Part shown: piece by piece, positions 28,892-38,541 of the stretch
Position numbering within the stretch: position 1 is the first letter of the stretch
Layout: each line of letters opens with the position of its first letter
Source of the DNA: Ignavibacteriales bacterium
GTDB lineage: Bacteria; Bacteroidota; Ignavibacteria; UBA10030
Assembly (NCBI GenBank): GCA_016194505.1
Contig: JACQBK010000044.1
Coordinates: 197 to 64,196, forward strand
Length of the DNA stretch: 64,000 nucleotides
Direction: 5' to 3'
Program-made: the position numbers and the translations under genes
Notes under the pieces: generated by a model
What the model was told of the DNA's origin: nothing
Databases searched by the model: none
Seen by the model: only the letters and a program-made list of their open reading frames with translations

Positions 28892-30013
28892 CTATGCGGC
28901 AACTTCAACAGGTTTGTACACTTTCAGAATATCGTACAACGTTGTGCGTTGCGCGGCGGCAAACCCGGACTCGTGAATAAGCTGGATGCACTCCTCTATA
29001 TTCGTTTTGTTCACAAAATTTGCGGCGGCATGGACGTTTTCCTCCAACAATGTTCCGCCGAAATCATCCGCGCCGAAATGGAGGGCGATTTGTCCCGTTT
29101 TCTTCCCTTCCGAAAACCATGAAGCCTGAATGTGCGGAACATTATCCAGATACATTCGGGAGAAGGCAATCATTTGCAAATACCGCGTTGGCGTGGCGTA
29201 ATGGGGAATGATTTTTTCCAGAGGAGTATTGCCCGGCTTAAATGACCACGGGACGAATGCGGTAAAACCGCCCGTCTCATCTTGGAGCCTGCGCACACTT
29301 TCGAGATGCTCGACTATATCTTCATCCGTTTCGAGATGACCGTACATCATCGTTGCCGTTGATTTGTAGCCAATCACATGGGCTTCGCGCATAACGTTTA
29401 GCCAATCAGCCGAAGTTCCTTTTTTGTTGCTGATTTTTTTCTTCACACGGTCCGAAAGAATCTCCGCCCCTCCCCCCGGTATCGAACGCAAGCCGGCATC
29501 ATATAACTGTTTGAGAACCTCGCGAATCGTCAAGCCCGAAACTTGTGCCATCCCGATAATTTCCGATGTCGAAAAAAAGTGAGGATAAATTTGCGGAACC
29601 TCCGCCACTGTGCGCTTCACCATGTCCACATAATACTCAAATGGCAGAGCAGGATTAACCCCACCCTGCAGCAATACTGTCGTAACGCCTTTCGCAGCCG
29701 CTTCCTTGAACTTCTGAATCATATGGTCAATACTGTAGGTGTACTCCCCTTCTTCTCCAGGATGGCGATAGAATGCGCAAAAAATACAATCAATGTTGCA
29801 GATGTTTGTATAGTTGGGGTTGGTATCAAGGACAAATGTTATCTGCTGTAGAGGATTCTTTTTAAAACGAATCTCATTTGCAAGGTCGCCTAAATCCAAT
29901 AATTCCGCATTGCGAAGAATAAACACTCCTTCTTCCGGAGTAATCCGTTTGCCTGATCTGATGTTCTGAAAAAGTTTTTCTAACGTCATTCGTTCCTCAA
30001 TAAGCATCATCAC
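28892..30013 (-). CDS. mqnC: Radical SAM menaquinone biosynthesis enzyme of the MqnC/MqnE family (probably cyclic dehypoxanthine futalosine synthase MqnC)
   Basis: CNIDCIFCAF (Cx3Cx2C). 373 aa. High similarity in layout to the N-terminal half of the neighbouring 622-aa rSAM-MqnA fusion. Confidence 0.65.
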   Translation of the reverse strand: MMMLIEERMTLEKLFQNIRSGKRITPEEGVFILRNAELLDLGDLANEIRFKKNPLQQITFVLDTNPNYTNICNIDCIFCAFYRHPGEEGEYTYSIDHMIQKFKEAAAKGVTTVLLQGGVNPALPFEYYVDMVKRTVAEVPQIYPHFFSTSEIIGMAQVSGLTIREVLKQLYDAGLRSIPGGGAEILSDRVKKKISNKKGTSADWLNVMREAHVIGYKSTATMMYGHLETDEDIVEHLESVRRLQDETGGFTAFVPWSFKPGNTPLEKIIPHYATPTRYLQMIAFSRMYLDNVPHIQASWFSEGKKTGQIALHFGADDFGGTLLEENVHAAANFVNKTNIEECIQLIHESGFAAAQRTTLYDILKVYKPVEVAA

Positions 30014-30282
30014 AACGAAATAGTATAACCCGCCGCTTTAAGGTCTTTCATAATCGCCAAGCTTGCTTCTTCGAGTTTCACAACAATTGGCCGTATAATA
30101 ACGCCCGGAATATTCTTGGGCACAGCGACATCGCTCATGTGCAGAGCGCAGACATTATTTTTACCAAGTTTGCCGCCAAAATGCCCCAATTCAAACATCG
30201 CGTACGCAAGATCAGCGAAATTAAATATGAAGAAAGCATATTTGGCTTCGGAATTAAATTCTAAATGCTCCAAATCAATCAT
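30010..30282 (-). CDS. Hypothetical small protein (90 aa); may be the C-terminal part of a disrupted gene
   Basis: ORF only, no recognised motif. It is in a different frame from the upstream 152-aa ORF. Confidence 0.25.
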   Translation of the reverse strand: MIDLEHLEFNSEAKYAFFIFNFADLAYAMFELGHFGGKLGKNNVCALHMSDVAVPKNIPGVIIRPIVVKLEEASLAIMKDLKAAGYTISL

Positions 30283-30319
30283 TTCTCCATGCTGCCTGTC
30301 TATCGGTATTTCTTCAAGA

Positions 30320-30778
30320 TTAATCTCGGCAAGAAATTGCGTGAGCTGCGGGCTGAAGTGCAGGTTGAACGGCAGGTTTCGGAGGCGGTTTCAGCACTCG
30401 AGCTCCACCTGCGGCAGGCGCTTGCGCAACAGGTTGCGGCGCGGCTTCAACAACCAGCGGGGGTGCCGGGGCGGGAGCTTCCGTCGCCAACTCCGGTGAA
30501 GTCTTTAATTTCTCATAAAGCTCTTTGACGCTGACAAGAATAAGCTGTGCGGATACTTGGAAAAAAAAAGCGCCGTTGACATCGCCTAAAACTTTATTTT
30601 TGTAGGGAACCCCGATCGGGCCTGCTTGCTCCAATGTTTCGAGGCAAGCTTTCCGCCATTCCAAATATTTATTTTGGAGCCGCGCGTTATACCCTGAGAA
30701 CTCAAATCCACCAAGCGGGACAAGCTGAGTTCCCGTTGTAACAAGCTGCTCTAATGTTTGCACAAGATTATTCGACAT
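30320..30778 (-). CDS. Hypothetical protein with Pro/Ala-rich C-terminal tail (152 aa)
   Basis: ORF only. The last ~60 codons come from a GC-rich tract (30340-30480) that is open in several frames. Confidence 0.25.
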   Translation of the reverse strand: MSNNLVQTLEQLVTTGTQLVPLGGFEFSGYNARLQNKYLEWRKACLETLEQAGPIGVPYKNKVLGDVNGAFFFQVSAQLILVSVKELYEKLKTSPELATEAPAPAPPLVVEAAPQPVAQAPAAGGARVLKPPPKPAVQPALQPAAHAISCRD

Positions 30779-30781
30779 AGG

Positions 30782-32650
30782 CTATTGTATAAACTCTATC
30801 TCAACTGATTGGAGGAGAGAATAAAAAACATCTATCGCTTGCCGTTCCCGCTCCCCAAGACGATAATTGAATCCCTCCAAATATTGAACTGCTTCTTCCG
30901 AAGAAAGCCCGATGCGCTTTGCGTGTATGAGGCTGATCTTAGCAAAATCTCCCTCGCCTTTTTCAAGCGCATTCACAATCAAGGAAGATAGCTCCTGTCG
31001 TTGCACCTCAGGCAACTCCTTTTTGACAGCCCACACTGCAAAGACGAACGGAAGCTTTTGCCAATCATACCACTCTGTCGCGAGGTCATACACAAGCTCG
31101 AAGCCATTTAAACCGGATTTTTTATGCTGTAACGCTTCATCACCTATCAACAGAACGGCATCGAATTCAGCGTAGTTATTTACGCCGGAGTGCATCCGTT
31201 CGAAGTTAGCTCTGACACCATATTTTTTCCCGAGCAGAACTTTAAGGAGTTTTACGGATGTCGCCGTATCATCAATGATGCCGACCCTCTTTCCTTCTAA
31301 ATCCTGCCAGCCGCAATTTGAAAACAGCATGACGCTCTTCACTTGATCGCGTGTTGCGATGCAATACGGAAGGACCTCGAGGGTCTTTTGCTGTCTCAAA
31401 TAATCTACCAGCGAAAAAAGTCCTGCATCTATCTGCCCTTGTTCAGAAAGCACGCCCATCCTTCGCGGGGTAATCGGCATAATCCTGAATTGCCGCCGCT
31501 CAAAATGATGGTAGAACGGAACAGAATTGAGATACGGAATTTTCCCGACAACATTTGACGTGTAGAGGTTCAGCGGATTGTAATAGACATCACGCTCGAC
31601 GGGTATTTTTCCCGCATCGCGAATAATTTTGATAAGCTGGTCTTTGGCAAGCTTATCAGGACTGACCGCACCGGCATCGTGGGCAATTTTTTCGCCGCCC
31701 ACAGTTCCATCCATATCATCTGCGCCAAAATTCAACGCGACGGAAGCGACTTCTTCCGTTAGCATCACCCAATATGCTTTAATGTGCGGGAAATTATCCA
31801 GCATCAAGCGAGAGACTGCAATCATTTTTAAATCGTCAATTGCGGAGGTGAACTGATTCGTCGGCTTGATACCGGTATCACCTGGTTGGAATGCAAGAGG
31901 GATAAACGTGAGAAATCCCCCCGTCTCATCCTGCGCTTCGCGCAGTTTCAACAGATGAATAACGCGCTCTTCGATGGTCTCGATATGACCGTAAAGAATC
32001 GTGCTGTTGGTCGGAATGCCCATTTTGTGCGCCGCTTTGTGGACATCGAACCAAGTCTTTGCGCCAATTTTCGAACTGAATAAACGCTTGCGAACGCGCT
32101 CGGAAAAAACTTCCGCGCCACCGCCGGGCATCGTGCGCAAACCCGCATCTTTAAGCTGGCGCAGTACTTCCTCTATCGGCAGTTTGAATTTTTTATGGAA
32201 GAAATCTATTTCGACTGCGGTAAAGGCTTTGATATCGAGGTTGGGGAAATTCTTTTTTATCTGGCGAAGCATTTCGAGATAATATTCCCACTTCCAGTCC
32301 GGGTGCAACCCGCCCGTGATGTGAACTTCATGAATCTCCGGCGTGAGCTTATGGAGAATTTCATGAATCGTCATCTCATACGCATCCGGCTGGCCTGCTT
32401 TTGTGGCAAAGTCACAGAATTTACACGCAAGGACGCAAATATTCGTCGGCTCGATCTTTTGATTGAGAACAAAATACACCGCATCACCGCTGCGCTCGCG
32501 TTGCACGTGGTGAGCCATCTTGCCGAGCGAAATAATATCATGCGACTTGAACATCGCAACGCCATCTTCCAGCGTCAGCCGCTCGCCTTTTTGCACCTTA
32601 TCCCAAATGGGGATGAGGTTTTTATCTCTGAAGTAAATTGTCTCTGTCAT
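30782..32650 (-). CDS. Fusion: radical SAM MqnE/MqnC-family domain (N-terminal, likely aminodeoxyfutalosine synthase MqnE) plus MqnA-like chorismate dehydratase domain (C-terminal), 622 aa
   Basis: N-terminal CVLACKFC rSAM motif and MqnC/E architecture (~360 aa). The C-terminal ~260 aa is PF02621-like (..FVFAVWAVKK..). Confidence 0.7.
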   Translation of the reverse strand: MTETIYFRDKNLIPIWDKVQKGERLTLEDGVAMFKSHDIISLGKMAHHVQRERSGDAVYFVLNQKIEPTNICVLACKFCDFATKAGQPDAYEMTIHEILHKLTPEIHEVHITGGLHPDWKWEYYLEMLRQIKKNFPNLDIKAFTAVEIDFFHKKFKLPIEEVLRQLKDAGLRTMPGGGAEVFSERVRKRLFSSKIGAKTWFDVHKAAHKMGIPTNSTILYGHIETIEERVIHLLKLREAQDETGGFLTFIPLAFQPGDTGIKPTNQFTSAIDDLKMIAVSRLMLDNFPHIKAYWVMLTEEVASVALNFGADDMDGTVGGEKIAHDAGAVSPDKLAKDQLIKIIRDAGKIPVERDVYYNPLNLYTSNVVGKIPYLNSVPFYHHFERRQFRIMPITPRRMGVLSEQGQIDAGLFSLVDYLRQQKTLEVLPYCIATRDQVKSVMLFSNCGWQDLEGKRVGIIDDTATSVKLLKVLLGKKYGVRANFERMHSGVNNYAEFDAVLLIGDEALQHKKSGLNGFELVYDLATEWYDWQKLPFVFAVWAVKKELPEVQRQELSSLIVNALEKGEGDFAKISLIHAKRIGLSSEEAVQYLEGFNYRLGERERQAIDVFYSLLQSVEIEFIQ

Positions 32651-32792
32651 GTATAATACTATTTCTCAGATAAATAATGTCATTTCTCAACCAGTTAATC
32701 ATAACCCAGACCCCCTGCTCCGATTCATCCCATAAAACGGGATAAATCGTCGCGTCCCCCTTATTAAGGGGAACAAAAAGCTTCCACCCAAT

Positions 32793-34574
32793 TCAAACCC
32801 AATAGCTTTCCCAGCGTTGGTCAACTTTTTTTATAATTTTGTCCGGCATCGTCAGCGGGTCAGGATAACCTTTTTTCCATGTTGCGTCAATCCCCATCAC
32901 GCCTTTATAGACCGGCGAGATGCCGATAAGTTTTTGTTCTGTAAAAACAACATCGCGCTCGCAATCGAAACGCGTAAAAACTCCCCAAATATAATTTTCC
33001 TGATCGTGAATATTTACATCTTCGCTCACTGCCGCAATCATTTTAAAATGCTGAAGCTCTTTTTTCCCTACTAACTTCTCTACTACTTGCCTTCCATCCT
33101 TTTTGACTTTGACGAGCAGGAGACAATCCTCGATGGCTCTAGCATCTACAATTCGTCTGTCAAGCGATTTGAGATCTGGGATATGGAATATGGGCTTGGA
33201 GCCTCGTTTGCTGATTTTAGATTCATCTCGTAATCGCTGTTTTCTTGTTGCATCGAGAATCATTTTACTGCCAAGTTCCATGGTATAGCTTGTGAAATCA
33301 AGCGTATCCAGCGGAACTTTCGGCAAGAGGACAAAATCAAAATGCGGATCGAAATGGTCTCGAATCTCCCCCAACACTGATTTCCAATATCGTACATCCA
33401 CATTGGGCGAAACGAGAATCAAGCATTTCGTCAACGAAAGTTGGCCTGTCCCAAGCAACCCGAGCGCGGCTTTCATCGCCTCTTTTTTGTAACGCTCCTC
33501 GATCGAGACCACAAGAAGATTGTGAAATCCTGCTTCGTAATACGCCCACACATCTTTGACTTCTTTGTGAATCAACCGCGCAAGCGGACCCAATATCTGC
33601 TGTGTTGCATCGCCTAAAAATTTATCCTCCATCGGAGGAATGCCGACAACCGTCGCGGGATATATTGGATTGCGGCGATGAGTGATTTTTTTCACATGAA
33701 ACACCGGAAACTTCGCCGCACTGGAATAATGCCCAAAGTGATCGCCAAATGGTCCCTCCATCCGTCTTTCCTTTCGAGGAACAATGCCTTCCAGCACAAA
33801 CTCCGCTTGAGCCGGGACGGCAACCGAGATGCTCTTGCCCTTTGCCATTGGAATCGAAGCGCCTCGAAGAAACGCCGCGAACAGCACTTCATCAATCCCC
33901 TCCGGCAAGGCGGCAACCGTGGCGAGAAGCAACGCGGGGTCTGTTCCAAGGGCAACCGCAACTTCCAAATCTTCGCCCAGTTGCTCCGCGCGATGATAAT
34001 GGAACCCGCCGCCCTTCTGGATTTGCCAATGCATGCCGGTAGTCTTGCTATTGTACACATGCAAACGGTACATGCCAACATTTCGCTTGCCGTCAACAGG
34101 ATCATACGTAAACACCTGGCCGAGCGTAAAAAATCTTCCGCCGTCATTAGGCCAACAAGTTTGAATTGGCAATGCATCGAAATTCGGTTCTGAAACAACT
34201 TCCTGAGAAAACCCTGATGATACGTGCTTCGCCTTTGCGGAAACAAACCGCTTGAGCATCGCTTTATTTTCCCATAGGGTAGCAAGTTTCGGAGGCATCA
34301 CTCGCTCGATGAAACTTATCAGCTCTTCCCCGATTTGTTGAGGATGTCTTCCCAACGCGTGTTCAATGCGTCGTTCGCTTGCAAAGGCGTTGATAACGAG
34401 AGGGACTGTGGAGCCTTTGACGTTTTCAAAGAGCAGTGCAGGTTTGCCTTCTTTCAGTGCCCGCGTGGCAATTTCTGTGATCTCTAAATATGGATCAACT
34501 TCCACCGTCACTCGATGAAGCTCATGGATGGATTCGAGATAGCGAACAAACTCACCGAGCGCTGGAAAGGTCAT
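32793..34574 (-). CDS. UbiD-family prenylated-FMN-dependent decarboxylase (futalosine-pathway late-step decarboxylase, MqnL-like), 593 aa
   Basis: Full-length UbiD architecture. It lies upstream of the UbiX-like and UbiA-like genes. Confidence 0.9.
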   Translation of the reverse strand: MTFPALGEFVRYLESIHELHRVTVEVDPYLEITEIATRALKEGKPALLFENVKGSTVPLVINAFASERRIEHALGRHPQQIGEELISFIERVMPPKLATLWENKAMLKRFVSAKAKHVSSGFSQEVVSEPNFDALPIQTCWPNDGGRFFTLGQVFTYDPVDGKRNVGMYRLHVYNSKTTGMHWQIQKGGGFHYHRAEQLGEDLEVAVALGTDPALLLATVAALPEGIDEVLFAAFLRGASIPMAKGKSISVAVPAQAEFVLEGIVPRKERRMEGPFGDHFGHYSSAAKFPVFHVKKITHRRNPIYPATVVGIPPMEDKFLGDATQQILGPLARLIHKEVKDVWAYYEAGFHNLLVVSIEERYKKEAMKAALGLLGTGQLSLTKCLILVSPNVDVRYWKSVLGEIRDHFDPHFDFVLLPKVPLDTLDFTSYTMELGSKMILDATRKQRLRDESKISKRGSKPIFHIPDLKSLDRRIVDARAIEDCLLLVKVKKDGRQVVEKLVGKKELQHFKMIAAVSEDVNIHDQENYIWGVFTRFDCERDVVFTEQKLIGISPVYKGVMGIDATWKKGYPDPLTMPDKIIKKVDQRWESYWV

Positions 34575-34604
34575 GAAATTATATTGAGTAATCTAAAAAG
34601 CAGT

Positions 34605-34854
34605 TTAGAAGCTATCTCAAAAAAATGCGCTAATAGTATTTTAAACGGGTTTGCGCTCGATGCGCACTTTTGCGCCATCTTTTGGGCGCATCCCTGCCTG
34701 CGACAGGCAGGCGCCTTCGGCGGAAAAACCCGTAATATTATTTTAACTTTTTGTCCACGTCCTAAAGGACGTGGTTATAACCCCGACCTTCAGGTCGGGG
34801 GAGAAGAAGAAAAAAGCAAGGGCTTTAGCCCTGATCAACAAAGATAGTTCTAAG
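34605..34854. repeat. Composite MITE-like element between the ubiD-like and ubiX-like genes
   Basis: Left TIR ttagaagctatctcaaaaaaa (34605-34625), identical over 19 nt to the TIR of the 61906-62061 copy. Degenerate right end gatagttctaag (34843-34854). Internal hairpins: cctgcctgcgacaggcagg (34693-34711), ccacgtcctaaaggacgtgg (34755-34774), ttataaccccgaccttcaggtcgggg (34775-34800), gggctttagccc (34820-34831). Confidence 0.6.
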
Positions 34855-34871
34855 ACGATTTCAGTTTCGTG

Positions 34872-35423
34872 TCACTCTAACTCCTCAGCCCGCCACCCTT
34901 TTGATTCTCTTACGCCAATAACGCCAAGCACTTTATCAACAAACGCCTGCACATATTCCTCTACCGTCTTCGGAACAAAATATAACGGAGAAGAAATTGG
35001 CATAATGATAGCGCCGTCACGCGAAAGCTTGGCGCATTGCTCCAGGGAAATCGTGGATAGCGGCGTCTCTCGAACGCATATCACAAGCTTCCATCGTTCT
35101 TTTAATGCCACTTGCGCCGTCCGCGTGATGAGCGTGTCGCCGATTCCCGATGCAATTTTGCCCAACGTTGAGGAAGAGCACGGAAGAATCACCACCGCGT
35201 CGATATGGTTCGAGCCGGATGCCAGCGGCGCCGCTAAATCATCGTCGGAAAATTCTCGCTTGACATACGGCAGCAAGTCCTTTGTACTGATGCCAAGCTC
35301 ATCTTTCAAAAGCACTTTTCCCCACTTACTAACGACGAGATATTTATCCCCCTCGCATTGTTTTAAAAATTCTTGAGCATACACCGCGCCGGAAGATCCC
35401 GTAATGCCGATAACGATTCTCAT
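34872..35423 (-). CDS. ubiX: Flavin prenyltransferase UbiX family (MqnM-like partner of the UbiD-type decarboxylase)
   Basis: 183 aa flavoprotein fold. N-terminal MRIVIGITGSSGAVYAQEFL is a Rossmann-like FMN-binding segment. Confidence 0.85.
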   Translation of the reverse strand: MRIVIGITGSSGAVYAQEFLKQCEGDKYLVVSKWGKVLLKDELGISTKDLLPYVKREFSDDDLAAPLASGSNHIDAVVILPCSSSTLGKIASGIGDTLITRTAQVALKERWKLVICVRETPLSTISLEQCAKLSRDGAIIMPISSPLYFVPKTVEEYVQAFVDKVLGVIGVRESKGWRAEELE

Positions 35424-36265
35424 GGGAACAGCACCCCGGCAACAACCATCCCAAGGATCGCAAACCCAAGCACGGCGTTAATTCTGAAGAACGCTAACTC
35501 GACGTCGTTGGCTTTTTTCTGCTCAAGATAGAGAAGGAAACCGGAAAGCACCAAAAACGGTAGTGCCGCAATCGCTTTAATATACACGGCAAACAGAATC
35601 GCCAAAATTCCAAATGCCAACAAATGAAGAAATCCTGAAATCTTAAGCGCGGTTATTTTCCCGTATCGAGAAGTGAAGGAATACAGCTGTTCCTCTCGAT
35701 CAAACAGTTCATCGAGCGTAGAATAAATTATATCGAAGCCTGTGACCCAAAACAGCGTGAAGAACGAAAGCAATAATCCCGGTACGATGTTATCAGCCGA
35801 TTGCTGAACAGCAAACCATCCTCCCAACGGAGCCATGGCGAGACCGATTCCGACTCCAAAGTGCGCAAGCACGGTGAATCGCTTCATGTACGGATATACA
35901 ATGAAGACGACCAACGGCAGTGGCGATAGTGCAAGACAGAATGGTGAAATCAGAGCGGCAGAGCCGAGGTACAGCGCAGCTCCAACGGCAAGAATTACCA
36001 TAGCCTCAACAACATTCATCCGACCGCTGGGTAGTTCCCGAATCGCCGTTCGTGGATTGCGCTTATCAATCTCCCGATCAATGATGCGATTAAGGGCGAG
36101 AGCGGCGGTTCGTGCGCCTGTTGCCGCCGTTAAAATCAGCATCAATAATTTTAATGTAGGAGGCTCTTTCGCCGCAAGAAAAGCGCCACTGTAAATAAGT
36201 GGGAGCGAAAAAAGGGTATGCTCGATTTTGATGAAATTTAAAAACTTCTTGACCTGTGGTGACAA
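35420..36265 (-). CDS. UbiA-family polyprenyltransferase (menaquinone futalosine-pathway prenyltransferase, MqnP-like)
   Basis: 8-9 TM helices. NRIIDREID matches the NDxxDxxxD prenyl-diphosphate binding motif. Confidence 0.85.
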   Translation of the reverse strand: MSPQVKKFLNFIKIEHTLFSLPLIYSGAFLAAKEPPTLKLLMLILTAATGARTAALALNRIIDREIDKRNPRTAIRELPSGRMNVVEAMVILAVGAALYLGSAALISPFCLALSPLPLVVFIVYPYMKRFTVLAHFGVGIGLAMAPLGGWFAVQQSADNIVPGLLLSFFTLFWVTGFDIIYSTLDELFDREEQLYSFTSRYGKITALKISGFLHLLAFGILAILFAVYIKAIAALPFLVLSGFLLYLEQKKANDVELAFFRINAVLGFAILGMVVAGVLFP

Positions 36266-36363
36266 AATGCCTTACCTGCTTTCAATGAAATAATAAAATG
36301 GGCTTTAAATATAGCAGAAAAAGCAAACTTAAGCAAGGAGTAGACCAGTGAGGAATTTCAAAG

Positions 36364-36396
36364 GCGAGATGTGCTAAAAGAAAAACCCAACCGAAT
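36364..36396 (-). terminator. Rho-independent terminator of metG
   Basis: On the minus strand the hairpin aacccaac-atattcg-gttgggtt is followed by TTTTTCTTTT. Confidence 0.7.
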
Positions 36397-36429
36397 ATGT
36401 TGGGTTTTGCGTCATACGAACATTTTCAA

Positions 36430-38502
36430 TTACCGCACAATGCTTCCGGTCGGTAAATCGTCAAGAATTGTAACAACTGATAATTTTCCATTGTCATCAT
36501 TGGCGGCAAGCAACATCCCTTGCGACTCTTGTCCCATTAACTTTGCAGATTGGAGATTTGCAACAACGACAATGAGCTTCCCCACAAGTTGTTCCGGCTG
36601 GTAATGTTGCGCAATGCCGGCGACAATTTGTCGCTTTTCGGAACCGATTTCCACCTGTAGCCTCAAAAGTTTTTCCGATTTCGGAACTTTTTCCGCCGCT
36701 ATCACACGCGCCAACCGAAGATCAATTTTCTTAAAATCATCAAGAGCGATCATGGGCTTTATTTCGGTGGTTTGCTGAAGTTTTTGAGGAGCAGGTGCGT
36801 CGCTTAACGCTTGAATAACATCTTCAATCTGTTTGTCTTCTATTTTCGTCACAAGAATTTCCGGTTTATTGAGTATATGACTTTCCGTGAGTTTAAGAGT
36901 GCCGGCACTATCCCAACTTTCCTCTTGCAAGGCAGTAGTGATATTTAACGTTTTCCACATGCGCTCAGATATTGCCGGGGTAACAGGTTGAAACACAACC
37001 GCTAATGAGCGGACGATTTGGAGACAGATATGAAGCGTCGTTGCACATTGATCGGGATTAGATTTAGATGTTTTCCACGGCTCGCTATCGTTAAAATATT
37101 TATTTGCCGCACGGGCAAGGTTCATTGATTCGACAACGCCATCGCGGAACTTGTATCGTTCGTAAAAGTCGCCAATCTTTGCCGGGGTTTCTTTGAGAAA
37201 AGCAATCATCTCCTTATCAATTTTCTCCAATGCCCCAAGCTTAGGAACTTTGCCGCCGAAATTCTTTTCTGTAAACGCGACCGTACGATTGACGAAGTTG
37301 CCTAAAATATCGGCAAGCTCGTTATTTGCGCGCGCTTGAAAATCCTTGAGATAAAAATCACTGTCGCGGGATTCCGGTAAATTAAACGCTAACGTATAGC
37401 GCAAGGGATCAGCAGGGAAAAATCTAAGAAAATCCTGCAGGTCAATTCCCCACCCGCGGCTTTTTGAAAATTTCTGTCCTTCAAAATTTAAAAATTCATT
37501 TGCAGGGACATTTTCCGGAAGCACGTATTGTTCTTTTCCTCCGTCATTCCAACCCATAAGCATTGCAGGAAAAACGATGCAATGGAATACAACATTATCT
37601 TTTCCAATAAACGCCACATACTTCGTATCCTCTTGCTGCCAATAATTTTTCCACGCCGCGGGGTTGCCCTGCCTCGCTGCCCACTCCTTCGTGGATGAAA
37701 TATAACCGAGCACCGCATCGAACCAAACATAGATGACTTTTTTCTCGTAACCCGCAACAGGGACGGGCACTCCCCAACTCAAATCGCGCGTTACCGCCCT
37801 ATCCTGCAATCCTTCCTTAAACCAACTTTCGCAATAGCGCAACACATTTTCTTTCCAACCATCGCGCTTGGAACGTTCCGCGATATACGATTGTAAGCGC
37901 GTCTGAAATTCTCCTAACGGAAAATACCAATGCGATGTAGCTTTAACAATGGGCATCGCGCCGCAAATTTTGCACTTCGGATCGATAAGCTCAACCTGAT
38001 TAAGCCACGTTCCGCAGTTTTCACACTGATCTCCTCGCGCTTGGGTGTATTTGCAATTGGGACATGTTCCCTCCACATACCTATCCGCAAGAAACATTTT
38101 ATCCTTTTCGCAATATAATTGCTTCTCTTCCTTTTCACGAAGAATTTTTCGGCGGTGGAGCTCTCGGAAAAATTCTTGAGTAACTTCATAATGAAGCGGG
38201 AGCGAAGTGCGGGAATAATTATCGAAACTCATGCCAAAGTTCTCGAACGCTGTTTTATTGAGGGCATGGTAGCGGTCAACGACGGCTTTGGGGGTGATTT
38301 TTTCTTTTTCGGCGGTGACGGTAATTGCGACTCCGTGCTCGTCGGAACCACAAATGAACACAATATCGCGCTTCTTAAGCCGCTGATAGCGGGCGTAAAT
38401 ATCCGCAGGCAAATAGGCTCCGGCAAGATGCCCTAAATGAATCACGCCATTTGCGTATGGCAAGGCGGCGGTGACGAGGATTCTTTTAAACTTTGAATTC
38501 AC
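36430..38502 (-). CDS. metG: Methionyl-tRNA synthetase with C-terminal tRNA-binding (EMAP/Trbp111-like) domain
   Basis: HIGH-type motif (PYANGVIHLGHL), KFSKS (KMSKS) motif, zinc knuckle Cys, C-terminal OB-fold domain. 690 aa. Confidence 0.97.
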   Translation of the reverse strand: MNSKFKRILVTAALPYANGVIHLGHLAGAYLPADIYARYQRLKKRDIVFICGSDEHGVAITVTAEKEKITPKAVVDRYHALNKTAFENFGMSFDNYSRTSLPLHYEVTQEFFRELHRRKILREKEEKQLYCEKDKMFLADRYVEGTCPNCKYTQARGDQCENCGTWLNQVELIDPKCKICGAMPIVKATSHWYFPLGEFQTRLQSYIAERSKRDGWKENVLRYCESWFKEGLQDRAVTRDLSWGVPVPVAGYEKKVIYVWFDAVLGYISSTKEWAARQGNPAAWKNYWQQEDTKYVAFIGKDNVVFHCIVFPAMLMGWNDGGKEQYVLPENVPANEFLNFEGQKFSKSRGWGIDLQDFLRFFPADPLRYTLAFNLPESRDSDFYLKDFQARANNELADILGNFVNRTVAFTEKNFGGKVPKLGALEKIDKEMIAFLKETPAKIGDFYERYKFRDGVVESMNLARAANKYFNDSEPWKTSKSNPDQCATTLHICLQIVRSLAVVFQPVTPAISERMWKTLNITTALQEESWDSAGTLKLTESHILNKPEILVTKIEDKQIEDVIQALSDAPAPQKLQQTTEIKPMIALDDFKKIDLRLARVIAAEKVPKSEKLLRLQVEIGSEKRQIVAGIAQHYQPEQLVGKLIVVVANLQSAKLMGQESQGMLLAANDDNGKLSVVTILDDLPTGSIVR

Positions 38503-38541
38503 GTGTAAAAACTCAAGTAAGGTAACTATATTTATGAAATT

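Noticed and set aside
30340-30480. GC-rich tract as a horizontally acquired fragment
   Set aside because: GC richness is equally explained by Pro/Ala codons of a linker. Without comparative data the insertion idea is only reported as a finding with low interest, not as a mobile-element feature.
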